DNA of 64,000 bases from Candidatus Hermodarchaeota archaeon (GTDB lineage: Archaea > Asgardarchaeota > Thorarchaeia > Thorarchaeales > Thorarchaeaceae): assembly GCA_048885865.1 (NCBI GenBank), contig JBHLLF010000002.1, forward strand, positions 64,001-128,000. The letters are read 5' to 3'. A program made the translations under genes and the position numbers. The notes under the pieces are model-generated. The model searched no databases. It was given only the letters and a program-made list of their open reading frames with translations, and was not told the origin of the DNA. Below, piece after piece: positions 31,331-39,759 of this stretch (position 1 is its first letter; each line of letters begins with the position of its first letter).

Positions 31331-32083
31331 CTATTTGCTATTCCATAAATCCTGGAACAATTTCATGTGAAAATCGACATACTCTTTGTCCTTGGTTACA
31401 AATGCATAGGGTTCTTTATCTGAAGACTCAAGGTTCACAAAGCTGATCCCATAGGAGTCAACTATCGCGAACGAGAGAGGGATGTCAGTATGTACTTTTA
31501 CCTCGAATCCAATTTCCATGGTATGATCTGAGAGGAATTTGATGTCAATCCCTTTATCTGCCAACCTGCGAAGCTCTGATTTCAGCTTGAACCAATCAAA
31601 GATTCCGCCAGTTGTTCTCTTACAGACCCACACCCTCCTCTGGGCTATTGCTAGCAACGACCGCACTATCGTTAGGCCATCGTCTAGCTGAACCAGTGAG
31701 GTGTCCATGGAATTGCTATGCAAAATGCTTCTGTTGCCATATTCTTCAAGACTATGACCCAAGGACATGATAGCTTGAATGCGATCCTCGAAGTTGCTTC
31801 TGAGCGTTTCAAGATAATGATGTACAATTGCTTTTGGTGATTGAGCGGCCACTATTAGCGGATCCTTGGAAACTTCCATAATGAGCTCCTTGCTCATTAA
31901 GCTCTTTAGAGTATCATAGACTCTAGTCCGATGAATTTTCGTCAAGGCGCTCAACTGACTAGCAGTGAAGGATTCACCTTTCAAGAGAACCAGAAAAATA
32001 CGAGTCTCATTTTGTGTCAAATCCAGAGTGCTCATGAGATCATCCCTGAGAGTATCAAGTTGAAGTCCAGAATCCTTCTCCAT
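31331..32083 (-). CDS. TrmB family transcription regulator
   Basis: LTQNETRIF..LL, IHRTRVYDTLKSL..K.LI; PLD-like C-terminal sensor domain. Confidence 0.85.
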   Translation of the reverse strand: MEKDSGLQLDTLRDDLMSTLDLTQNETRIFLVLLKGESFTASQLSALTKIHRTRVYDTLKSLMSKELIMEVSKDPLIVAAQSPKAIVHHYLETLRSNFEDRIQAIMSLGHSLEEYGNRSILHSNSMDTSLVQLDDGLTIVRSLLAIAQRRVWVCKRTTGGIFDWFKLKSELRRLADKGIDIKFLSDHTMEIGFEVKVHTDIPLSFAIVDSYGISFVNLESSDKEPYAFVTKDKEYVDFHMKLFQDLWNSK

Positions 32084-32166
32084 AGATGTCACACCGTGTC
32101 GCGACAGCCACATCATTACTTCTTTTAAACATGTTAGATTGGAATTTGAAACTTAGATGTGATGAT

Positions 32167-33093
32167 ATGGCGACAATAATGTCAATCTTCCCAATAATCA
32201 CGACAATAGTGGCAGTAATCTTCGCCTACTTGGTGTTCCAACAATGGAGACGACGAAAGAGAATCTACCAGCTAATCTGGTTCATTTCGTTGGTCATGTT
32301 TGCCGTTACAGCGTCCTTTGAGGCGATCTCGGAATTCTTGGGTTGGATTGTCCCGATATACAGGGTTTATCTCGTGCTTTCTGCATCGCAGGTAGCGATC
32401 ATGGGAGCTGGAGCGCTCTATTTGATTCTAGCTAAGAATGTCTTCTCCACAAAAGGTCTGCTGGCAATTGATGCAGTCCTTGTTGGAATTGCAGCTTTCT
32501 TCTCTTGGATGATGACGCTGAGTTCCATAACCGACTATTCGGCCTTGATGTTCGGAGCAATGGAATACCCCCTAGCAGGGATTGGGACTTATGTCGTTTT
32601 GGCGGTCTTGGCGTTTGGACTCGGCAGAAATATGGATTCCAATCGAAAGAAGATGCTTCATGGTCACATCTATATCATTTTTGCAATAACCATGACATTA
32701 TGGATGGGTGCTTATGCTGCGGTTGCAGCAGTTGACACCGATGCATTTGTAGCAGGAATTGCAGTTGCAGGTCATGCAATGGCCCAGCATGTAAGGAATT
32801 TCTCACCTCTCCTGTCTGTCACAGGTGGCTTTCTCTTGATCGGCGCGGCTTTCTTCTCATTCATCAAGACAAGATTCACCTTCAATCTCTGGATAGCGTT
32901 GGGTGGGTTGGCAATTGCCATTGCTGGCTCTATCGCAAGAGGCGGGGCAGAGTTTGGCAACGTATTGTATATTGGAGAAGTAATCGGCGTGTTTCTACTC
33001 ACAAAGGGGTTTGTTGATTCTGACAAAGTGATACGTGAGAGATTCGACCGCATCAAACCTGATGAATCAAAAGAACTCACCGTATCAGACTGA
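32167..33093 (+). CDS. Polytopic membrane protein of unknown function
   Basis: About 9 hydrophobic segments; QWRRRKRIYQLIW. Confidence 0.8.
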   Translation: MATIMSIFPIITTIVAVIFAYLVFQQWRRRKRIYQLIWFISLVMFAVTASFEAISEFLGWIVPIYRVYLVLSASQVAIMGAGALYLILAKNVFSTKGLLAIDAVLVGIAAFFSWMMTLSSITDYSALMFGAMEYPLAGIGTYVVLAVLAFGLGRNMDSNRKKMLHGHIYIIFAITMTLWMGAYAAVAAVDTDAFVAGIAVAGHAMAQHVRNFSPLLSVTGGFLLIGAAFFSFIKTRFTFNLWIALGGLAIAIAGSIARGGAEFGNVLYIGEVIGVFLLTKGFVDSDKVIRERFDRIKPDESKELTVSD

Positions 33094-33263
33094 GAGAGTG
33101 TTGATGAATGAAGAAAAGAAGACAGCCTTCTTTATGTTGCAACTATGGTAATCATTATACTTGCTATCGTTGCTTTCCTTGCTTGACATAATTAGTGAGT
33201 GGTACATACCCGTTGGGTCTTTGCAACGAATGCCACGGATAGATAAAGGCAGGTGCTGAGAAA

Positions 33264-34523
33264 ATGAATGTCGCTGATGCAACCATCGAGTCGGAAAGCT
33301 TGCCAGAAACCACTAGAAAAATCCTCTTCACAGGTGTCCTTACGTTCCTGACGATAACAGCTGCTGCACTTCTTCATGTAAACCAACCCGAATTCATCCT
33401 TGACAGATTCCCAGGCATTTCAAATCTGGAATATTCATTGTTTGACGTGATGTTGTACGCGGCATATCTTATTTTAGGGATAGTCACTGGGGCTCTCTCA
33501 GATAGATGGTCTCGACGCAGAATCTTCGTCCTAGTGGGTGCCTCTGGATCAGTAGTCTTCTACATACTCATGACCACTACATTGTCATATTCGCTGCTAC
33601 TCACCTATAGGTTTCTTCAAGGATCCTTTACGGTGATGTCATGGCAGTCATTCATGACTCTAGCTCTGGATTTCTCAACTGCTCAGAGTCGAGGAAGGCA
33701 TATGGGGATTTTCGGAGCCTTGTTGGCTCTCTCATTTGGCTTCGGCCCAGCTATTGGTGGAATCCTTGCCACTGTAAGTGTCTTCATGCCCTATTACTCT
33801 GCAGCTGCCCTCAATATCCTTGTTCTCCTCCTTGCATTGGTTGGTCTGAGAGACCCTCCTGCAACAAAGAAGCGACCCAGCATTGTCGAAAGCCTGTTGG
33901 TAGCCAAGCGATATCCCAAACTTGCAGTGCCCATCACTTTCAATTTTATAGATAGATTGCACATGGGCTTTATTCTTGTTGCATTGCCCCTTTTCCTTAC
34001 CTCCGTCCTCGGTCTTCCTGAATCACTCAGAGGTTTGGCTCTAGCTATATTTGCAACGCCTTTCATACTGCTTCAATATCCTATGGGAAGACTCTCTGAC
34101 AGATTTGGGCGATATCCGATTCTTATTGCTGGAAGCATTCCTTATGGAATCGTTCTGGCGGCTCTAGGCTTCATTGGCGCAGTAGGCTTTCTCCCACTTC
34201 TTTTCGGACTAATACTCCTGGGCGTATTTTCGGGGATTACAGCTCCATCTGCTCTTGCTTTGGTGGGTGATGCCTCCGATGCTGAGGATTCAGCTATGGC
34301 TATGGGTCTGTTCAATTTCTCCGGAAATGTGGGAGTCACGGTAGGTCCGCTAATCTTCGGATATCTCCTTCTTTTTTCAGACTTCTTTGCAACCTTCATT
34401 GTGGCTGGAGCAATTGAGGTGATCTCACTGGCTGTTGTGATTCTCATCGTTAGGCTTTTGTTCAAGGAGCCTTTGCGGCTAGAGCGACAGGAAATCGTGG
34501 CACAGCCTACTTTAACCAATTGA
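33264..34523 (+). CDS. MFS transporter
   Basis: GALSDRWSRR and GRLSDRFGRY motif A; about 12 TM. Confidence 0.9.
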   Translation: MNVADATIESESLPETTRKILFTGVLTFLTITAAALLHVNQPEFILDRFPGISNLEYSLFDVMLYAAYLILGIVTGALSDRWSRRRIFVLVGASGSVVFYILMTTTLSYSLLLTYRFLQGSFTVMSWQSFMTLALDFSTAQSRGRHMGIFGALLALSFGFGPAIGGILATVSVFMPYYSAAALNILVLLLALVGLRDPPATKKRPSIVESLLVAKRYPKLAVPITFNFIDRLHMGFILVALPLFLTSVLGLPESLRGLALAIFATPFILLQYPMGRLSDRFGRYPILIAGSIPYGIVLAALGFIGAVGFLPLLFGLILLGVFSGITAPSALALVGDASDAEDSAMAMGLFNFSGNVGVTVGPLIFGYLLLFSDFFATFIVAGAIEVISLAVVILIVRLLFKEPLRLERQEIVAQPTLTN

Positions 34524-34534
34524 GCTGACCATCT

Positions 34535-35050
34535 ATGACAACCAGAATTGTGCTTGCAATGCATGGAATGCCTCCGAAGGATTTCCCAGAAGAGGAGGTT
34601 GTTGAGCTAATCAGGCTTCACCGTATAATTGAGAAAGCAGGAGATCATGCTCCAGCAGAGATGCGAGTCCGGTTCGCTCAACTGGATAGCAGAGTTAGAA
34701 ACTGGGAGCGTACTTCCGAGAACGACCCCTTCTGGGCGTCATCTCTGAACCTGGCTGAAGAGCTTCAAGAAGCAACAGGCTTTGAAGTCATTGCTGGGTT
34801 TAACGAATTCTGTGCACCCAATCTTGACGAAGCTATAGACACAGCTGCTCGTTCAAATGCAGAAAGGGTGGTCATTGTTACGCCTATGATGACTCCTGGT
34901 GGTGAGCATTCTGAAGAGGACATTCCTGAGGCAATATCGGCAGCCAAAAATCGATTTGATGGAGTTGAATTCATCTACGCCTGGCCTTTTCCTAGGTCTG
35001 ATGTAGTGTCTTTCTTGACGAGCCAAATCCAAAAATTCAGTGATGCATAG
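34535..35050 (+). CDS. CbiX/SirB-type chelatase domain protein
   Basis: LAMHG, GFNEFCAP, PMMTPGGEHSEEDIP. Confidence 0.85.
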   Translation: MTTRIVLAMHGMPPKDFPEEEVVELIRLHRIIEKAGDHAPAEMRVRFAQLDSRVRNWERTSENDPFWASSLNLAEELQEATGFEVIAGFNEFCAPNLDEAIDTAARSNAERVVIVTPMMTPGGEHSEEDIPEAISAAKNRFDGVEFIYAWPFPRSDVVSFLTSQIQKFSDA

Positions 35051-35219
35051 TAACATATTGTGACTCCATTCTGTGACCCTCAATTGTGGCTCCGCTATAT
35101 ATACTGATTCTGAGTGCTAATTCTTGTGAAATATCATGGCTCTAGCAACTAACTCTCGAAAGTCACACGATTTGAAGAAGAAGCGAACTCTGCCTCCTTC
35201 AACAAGGGCAATAGTCCAG

Positions 35220-35242
35220 GCTTACCTCTATAATAGGTAAGC
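35220..35242. promoter_or_regulatory. Perfect 8-bp inverted repeat, candidate operator
   Basis: GCTTACCT-N7-AGGTAAGC in the intergenic region. Confidence 0.4.
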
Positions 35243-35320
35243 ACCTGTTATGGGGGAATGGTTCGTGCCCTTCAAATATCCTGACGGTTTTGTGCACTCA
35301 TTCAACCGAAAAAAACGAAT

Positions 35321-35345
35321 GGTTTGGTTGCCAAACCTTTATATG
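35321..35345 (+). promoter_or_regulatory. Archaeal TATA box with abutting inverted repeat over the BRE
   Basis: GGTTTGG-TTG-CCAAACC directly followed by TTTATATG (35338-35345); predicted TSS ~35368-35370. Confidence 0.6.
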
Positions 35346-35369
35346 GATTTGGCCCGCACATTCAACCAC

Positions 35370-35711
35370 ACATCATCGGCAAGCAACCAGTTCGTGGAGT
35401 ATAGTGGTTGGTCACTGAGTGCCCGCAACTGCGGTCACTTTCGCCCATTAACGGCTTATACTGTGACCAGACATAATCTACGTGAGGCAAATCCAATGGA
35501 TAATGACCCAAACTGTGTTGTGGCCGGTTCAGCTCAAGATGTTGAAGTGCCCTCCCAGGCGGCTGTTAATGGGCGATCCTCGCTCGAAGGAGCATTTACG
35601 GTCAAGAAGGGACCGAGAGGTCCCAAGCCAGTTGTGGTAGATATACCATACTTAGCAAACTCCTATCTCCGTTGTGGCGCTCTCGGGGTCAAATCCCGGG
35701 AGCGCTACAGC
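35370..35711 (+). ncRNA. Putative large structured non-coding RNA with 3' tRNA-like minihelix (class unknown)
   Basis: Closing helix 35396-35409/35658-35670; 16-bp helix 35441-35456/35561-35576; hairpins 35418-35439, 35528-35546, 35582-35593, 35609-35624 (GAGA loop), 35633-35650; 17-bp hairpin with GUCAAAU loop at 35671-35711; G-U pairs favour the + strand. Confidence 0.65.
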
Positions 35712-35759
35712 TTACATCTGTGAGGTTAAGAGCCATGGTTTCGGAAGCGCCACATTCTG

Positions 35760-35775
35760 ATTTTTCCTTCTCTAT
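35760..35775 (+). terminator. Pyrimidine/T-rich tract, candidate archaeal terminator for the structured RNA
   Basis: ATTTTTCCTTCTCTAT. Confidence 0.35.
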
Positions 35776-35808
35776 TCACGTTGTCCATAATCGACTGAGG
35801 TTCAAGAA

Positions 35809-37293
35809 ATGAGCAGATTAGCAAATGCAATAGGACTCCCAGATGCTAATGAAAAGGTTCTTCGATTAGCAAGGATCTTGATTTTCCTAGGCCCATTGGC
35901 TACATTCACTTTCACTATGTCGACCACCTTCTATCTGATTTTTGTCTCTGAAGCATTGGGTGGCGGCGATTATATCGCAGGCCTTCCCTTGGTAGCAACT
36001 CTTGTAGTCATCCAGATGGCCATTCAATTACTCCTGGACTACCCTACTGGTGCAATTGGAGACTGGATAGGACAGAAGTATATAGTATCATCAGCCACCA
36101 CGTGCTACGCTATTGCGTTTTGGTTAGTTTCACTGGTCACACCAACAACTCCATTCTGGTTCCTAGTCCTCATCTATGTAATTCAGGGCCTTGGCAACTC
36201 TCAGATGAGTGGAGCGCTTAACACATGGTTCGACAATAACTATAGAGTCGCCATGCCAGGTGACTCGGATAGAAAGCAGTATGGTATGTTTTGGGGAAGA
36301 GTCGGAGGAATGATGCAAGTCGTATCAACTGCAGCACTAATCCCTGGTAGCATCTTGGCTGCAGTCTTTGGTCGACCATGGGTATTCCAGCTGCAGGCTG
36401 TATTGGCTCTAGTCCTAACTATTCTCGGCCTCAGATTCATCACGGACTTTCCTGAGGTTCAGGCCGCACGACAACAGCGACCCACCATGAGTGGGTACAC
36501 CAAGATTCTGAAGGATGGTGTGAGCTATCTATGGAGTGAGCCCTTTGTCAAATACATCGTAATCGGATCAATGCTTGCCACCAGCTCGATAATGGTGTGG
36601 GGCAACCTTATCCTGTTCCCCATGTACTTCCTGTACCTTATCACTGACGTTGCTGTTGCATCGTTTCGGACTGTCCTATTCATTCCTGGGATTGCTGCAC
36701 AGGAAAGGTCTGGAGTTTGGTCTAGACGATTTGAACCCAAAATATGGATTCCTAGATTCCGACTTATTCAGACATGCGGGCTCGTGTTCTTCCTCGTCGT
36801 TTCATTCATAATGTTCCTATTTCCGCCTGCTACAAACGGTGGTCCGATGTTCAGCGTCGTTCTGCCTATTGCTAATGTGGAATTAATGCAGATACCAGTA
36901 GGCAACATCTTGCCGGTCGTGTTGCTCTTCTTTTCCTTCACTCTTACTGGCTTTTTTGGAGGATTTGCTGAGATTCTCACACAGAGGCAACTCCTTGATG
37001 CCATTCCAAATCGAATTAGGAACTCAATGTATTCCCTTTCTCCCACCATCGCAACCATATTTGCACTCCCACAGATCTGGTTCTTTGGATGGTTGATACC
37101 TACCATTGGATTTCCATTGACTCTACTGTTATGTGGAATGGTGTCTCTCATCGGTGTGTTACTGATACGCAAAGGTCTTCACCAGCCAAAGCCCGTTCTT
37201 GAAGAGGAGGCTTGGAGCAACAGCCAGCCGGAAGCCCAGGAAGTAATTGAAGAGATAGAAGAAGAGATGGCCCACGAACTGATTGAAGAGTAG
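35809..37293 (+). CDS. MFS-fold transporter (paralog 1)
   Basis: About 12 TM; LLDYPTGAIGDWIGQK; acidic C-terminal tail. Confidence 0.85.
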   Translation: MSRLANAIGLPDANEKVLRLARILIFLGPLATFTFTMSTTFYLIFVSEALGGGDYIAGLPLVATLVVIQMAIQLLLDYPTGAIGDWIGQKYIVSSATTCYAIAFWLVSLVTPTTPFWFLVLIYVIQGLGNSQMSGALNTWFDNNYRVAMPGDSDRKQYGMFWGRVGGMMQVVSTAALIPGSILAAVFGRPWVFQLQAVLALVLTILGLRFITDFPEVQAARQQRPTMSGYTKILKDGVSYLWSEPFVKYIVIGSMLATSSIMVWGNLILFPMYFLYLITDVAVASFRTVLFIPGIAAQERSGVWSRRFEPKIWIPRFRLIQTCGLVFFLVVSFIMFLFPPATNGGPMFSVVLPIANVELMQIPVGNILPVVLLFFSFTLTGFFGGFAEILTQRQLLDAIPNRIRNSMYSLSPTIATIFALPQIWFFGWLIPTIGFPLTLLLCGMVSLIGVLLIRKGLHQPKPVLEEEAWSNSQPEAQEVIEEIEEEMAHELIEE

Positions 37294-37375
37294 GCTCATT
37301 GAGACCCCTCCCTTCTCTCTCTTCTAAATTTCTTTAGCATAGGTTTTTATCAACCCAACCCTCTGGTACCTTTTC

Positions 37376-38902
37376 ATGAGTAGGGTAGCGAGGTTATGTG
37401 GATTCAAGGACCCCAACGACAAAGTGGCTAGATTGGCGTGGATCATGGTTACACTTGGTCCCATCATTATCTTCACTCTAGTGATGTCTAGTACCTTCTA
37501 CATGATCTTCGTCGCGGACACACTTGGCGGTGGTCCGGGCATGTTCCTTGAAGGATTAGCTTTTGTTGGAGTCCTGGTAGTAATCCAGATGGTAGTGCAG
37601 ACACTGCTGGACTATCCAACAGGCACGTTGGGAGATATGATAGGTCATCGATTCGTAATCGCGTCAGCTTATCTCATCTATGGAGTCGCCTTTTACATAA
37701 CATCTCTTCTGACACCAACCACGCCCATCTTTATGTTCGTTCTCGTGTATGTCCTATGGGGACTTGCATATTCCCAGGAGAGCGGTGCATGGGACGCCTG
37801 GTTTGACAATAACTACCGAGTGGCAGCTCCTGATGATGTCGAACGAAAGGACTATGGAGTGTTCATGGGGCGGCTGGGGATGATTGCCACAGCACTTTCA
37901 ATGGCGGCATTGATTCCTGGCAGCATCCTAGCAGTTGTCTTCAGTCGAATGTGGGTCTTTCAAGCTTCAGCGATATTATGTGTTGGTACAGCAATTGCTG
38001 TCCTGATGCTTGTCAAGGATTTTCCCGAAGTTCAAGAAATGAGAGATGAGAAACCGTCTGTTCGCGAGTACTTCAGACTCTTGAAAACGGGAGCAAGTTT
38101 CATTGTGGGCGACCCCTTTGTCAAATATGTGATCTTTGGTGGGGTTGTTATCTGGAGCTGCGTCTTCGTATGGGGCGAGCTCATAATATTCCCCTTGTTG
38201 TTCGCGTATCTTGTGACTGATGTTGCTGTTGCCACATTCAGAACCCTGCTGAGAATTCCAGGTATGTTTACCACTGAACGAGCTGGTGTCTGGTCTCAGA
38301 AATTCAAGCCCGAGGAATGGATTCCCAAGTTCAGACTGATTCAGAATTGTGGCTTTGCCTGCTTCCTCATTTTTGCGGCTATCATGTATGTCTTCAATCC
38401 TGTGACTGGACCTGTGACTCTAGTGGATGTAATGGTACCTTTCACGGACTTTGTGATTATGCAGGTACCTCAGGAGTCTCTGCTTCCAACTACTTTGATG
38501 TTCCTGACATTTGTGATTGGCGGGTTCTTCTTTAATGCGGCAGACATTCTGACAATGAGGCTGATGATTGATGTTGTACCTACTAGTATTCGAAACAGTG
38601 TCTACTCGCTGACTCCCACCCTTGCTATAATAGTCGCCATTCCACAGATAGCTTTCTTCGGGGCTTCGATTCAGCATATCGGATTTCCAATTACACTTGC
38701 GATCACAGGTCTCATTTCGTTGGTTGGAGTTCTCATGATTCGAAAAGGCCTTTCATATCCAATTCCTATTACCGAGGAGCGGAAACAGGCTCTGGAACAA
38801 GCTGCTCAAGAACAGCAGGAGACCACAATTGAACAGACGGGCCAAGATTCTAGTATAAATCCCTCAGATGATGCAGTACAAATGCCATCTGGACAAGATT
38901 AA
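37376..38902 (+). CDS. MFS-fold transporter (paralog 2)
   Basis: Collinear with paralog 1 (LLDYPTG, WFDNNYRVA, PFVKY, IRNS.YSL.PT); own TATA-like TTTTTATC ~25 nt upstream. Confidence 0.85.
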   Translation: MSRVARLCGFKDPNDKVARLAWIMVTLGPIIIFTLVMSSTFYMIFVADTLGGGPGMFLEGLAFVGVLVVIQMVVQTLLDYPTGTLGDMIGHRFVIASAYLIYGVAFYITSLLTPTTPIFMFVLVYVLWGLAYSQESGAWDAWFDNNYRVAAPDDVERKDYGVFMGRLGMIATALSMAALIPGSILAVVFSRMWVFQASAILCVGTAIAVLMLVKDFPEVQEMRDEKPSVREYFRLLKTGASFIVGDPFVKYVIFGGVVIWSCVFVWGELIIFPLLFAYLVTDVAVATFRTLLRIPGMFTTERAGVWSQKFKPEEWIPKFRLIQNCGFACFLIFAAIMYVFNPVTGPVTLVDVMVPFTDFVIMQVPQESLLPTTLMFLTFVIGGFFFNAADILTMRLMIDVVPTSIRNSVYSLTPTLAIIVAIPQIAFFGASIQHIGFPITLAITGLISLVGVLMIRKGLSYPIPITEERKQALEQAAQEQQETTIEQTGQDSSINPSDDAVQMPSGQD

Positions 38903-38970
38903 TACCGCCAAATGTGGATGTTGCATGAAGGCTTACAGCCAGAATATATGAACACGCCAGAGGATTGAAT

Positions 38971-39714
38971 ATGTCAGATCGCCCGCAGTTCCTTACGGTC
39001 ACATACTCTGACCGGGGTCTAGATACAATGGGCCATGAGAGAAAGATGGTCCGAGAGAAGGATGTCAAGTTTGATGGCGAGGATGGCTCATTGGAGCTCA
39101 CAGATATCAGACTTGTCTGGATAAAAAAGCCCTCAAGATGGGGTTCCGCGAAGAAATTTGGTGCCCTTGCTGGAGCAGTGGCTGGTGCCGCCCTATTGGA
39201 AGGAATAGGCAGAGAAATGGGTGGAATCGGAGGTAGAGCAGTAAGAAGCATAGGTCGAGGTGTAGGCTTTGCAGCAGTGGGTGCAGCTATTTCGTCATGG
39301 AGTTCTGATTCCTTCTACAACAAGGATGCAAATGGCAACACCGAGAGTCTTGCGATTCCAATACTTGCCATAAGCCAGGCAGCCCAGAGTGGAGATGAAC
39401 TGGTCATCGATCTAACTTCTGGAGGGAATTTGCGCTTTAAATTCAGGCAGAGGCGAGTCATTCCTTCAATCATGGCCAATATCTCATCAGCTCAAAATGC
39501 AGGCAAGTGTCCCTATTGTGGAGCTGGGAATGCATCCGGAGCCAACGCCTGTTCCAAGTGTGGTGCACCCCTTGCAGGCGGCGGCGGTGGTCCAGCAGAA
39601 GGCCACACTGAGAGTGTCACTATCTCCACGGGAGGCGGAGGCTTCTGTACAAACTGCGGTCAGCAATATCCTGCAGGAGCAAAGTTCTGCGGAAGTTGCG
39701 GCCAGAAAGTCTGA
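38971..39714 (+). CDS. PH/GRAM-like domain + glycine-rich insert + two zinc ribbons
   Basis: GSLELTDIRLVW; GxxxG-rich segment; CPYC...CSKC and CTNC...CGSC. Confidence 0.75.
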   Translation: MSDRPQFLTVTYSDRGLDTMGHERKMVREKDVKFDGEDGSLELTDIRLVWIKKPSRWGSAKKFGALAGAVAGAALLEGIGREMGGIGGRAVRSIGRGVGFAAVGAAISSWSSDSFYNKDANGNTESLAIPILAISQAAQSGDELVIDLTSGGNLRFKFRQRRVIPSIMANISSAQNAGKCPYCGAGNASGANACSKCGAPLAGGGGGPAEGHTESVTISTGGGGFCTNCGQQYPAGAKFCGSCGQKV

Positions 39715-39759
39715 TTTCCGAGGATCTAGCAAGGTCTGGCTTATTCGCCAGACCCTCTC

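Noticed and set aside
33104-33195. Short hydrophobic peptide fragment (..SLLYVATMVIIILAIVAFLA) possibly frameshifted from MNEEKK
   Set aside because: Too short to support as a gene or pseudogene without homologs
35112-35120. GAGTGCTAA (right half of CIRCE)
   Set aside because: Left half absent and the site is far from the dnaK operon
35418-35434. CCCGCAACUG, similar to a cobalamin riboswitch segment, near cbiX
   Set aside because: No upstream GGGAA/T-loop element and no B12 box; the segment forms a local hairpin
35447-35570. 5S rRNA-like size and terminal helix (UAACGGC...GCUGUUA, ~122 nt)
   Set aside because: Lacks the loop C CGAAC, GUUAAG, and loop E AGUA/GGGAA signatures
35370-35711. 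RNase P RNA or SRP RNA identity
   Set aside because: GAGGCAAAUCC and CGGCUUA resemble CR-I and CR-V but are degenerate and in reversed order; no SRP helix-8 CAGG-GNRA-AGCA geometry or long helix 5
35250-35723. 157-aa ORF over the structured region
   Set aside because: No recognisable motifs; it spans a TATA box and extensive RNA-type pairing, so it is most likely incidental (not formally excluded)
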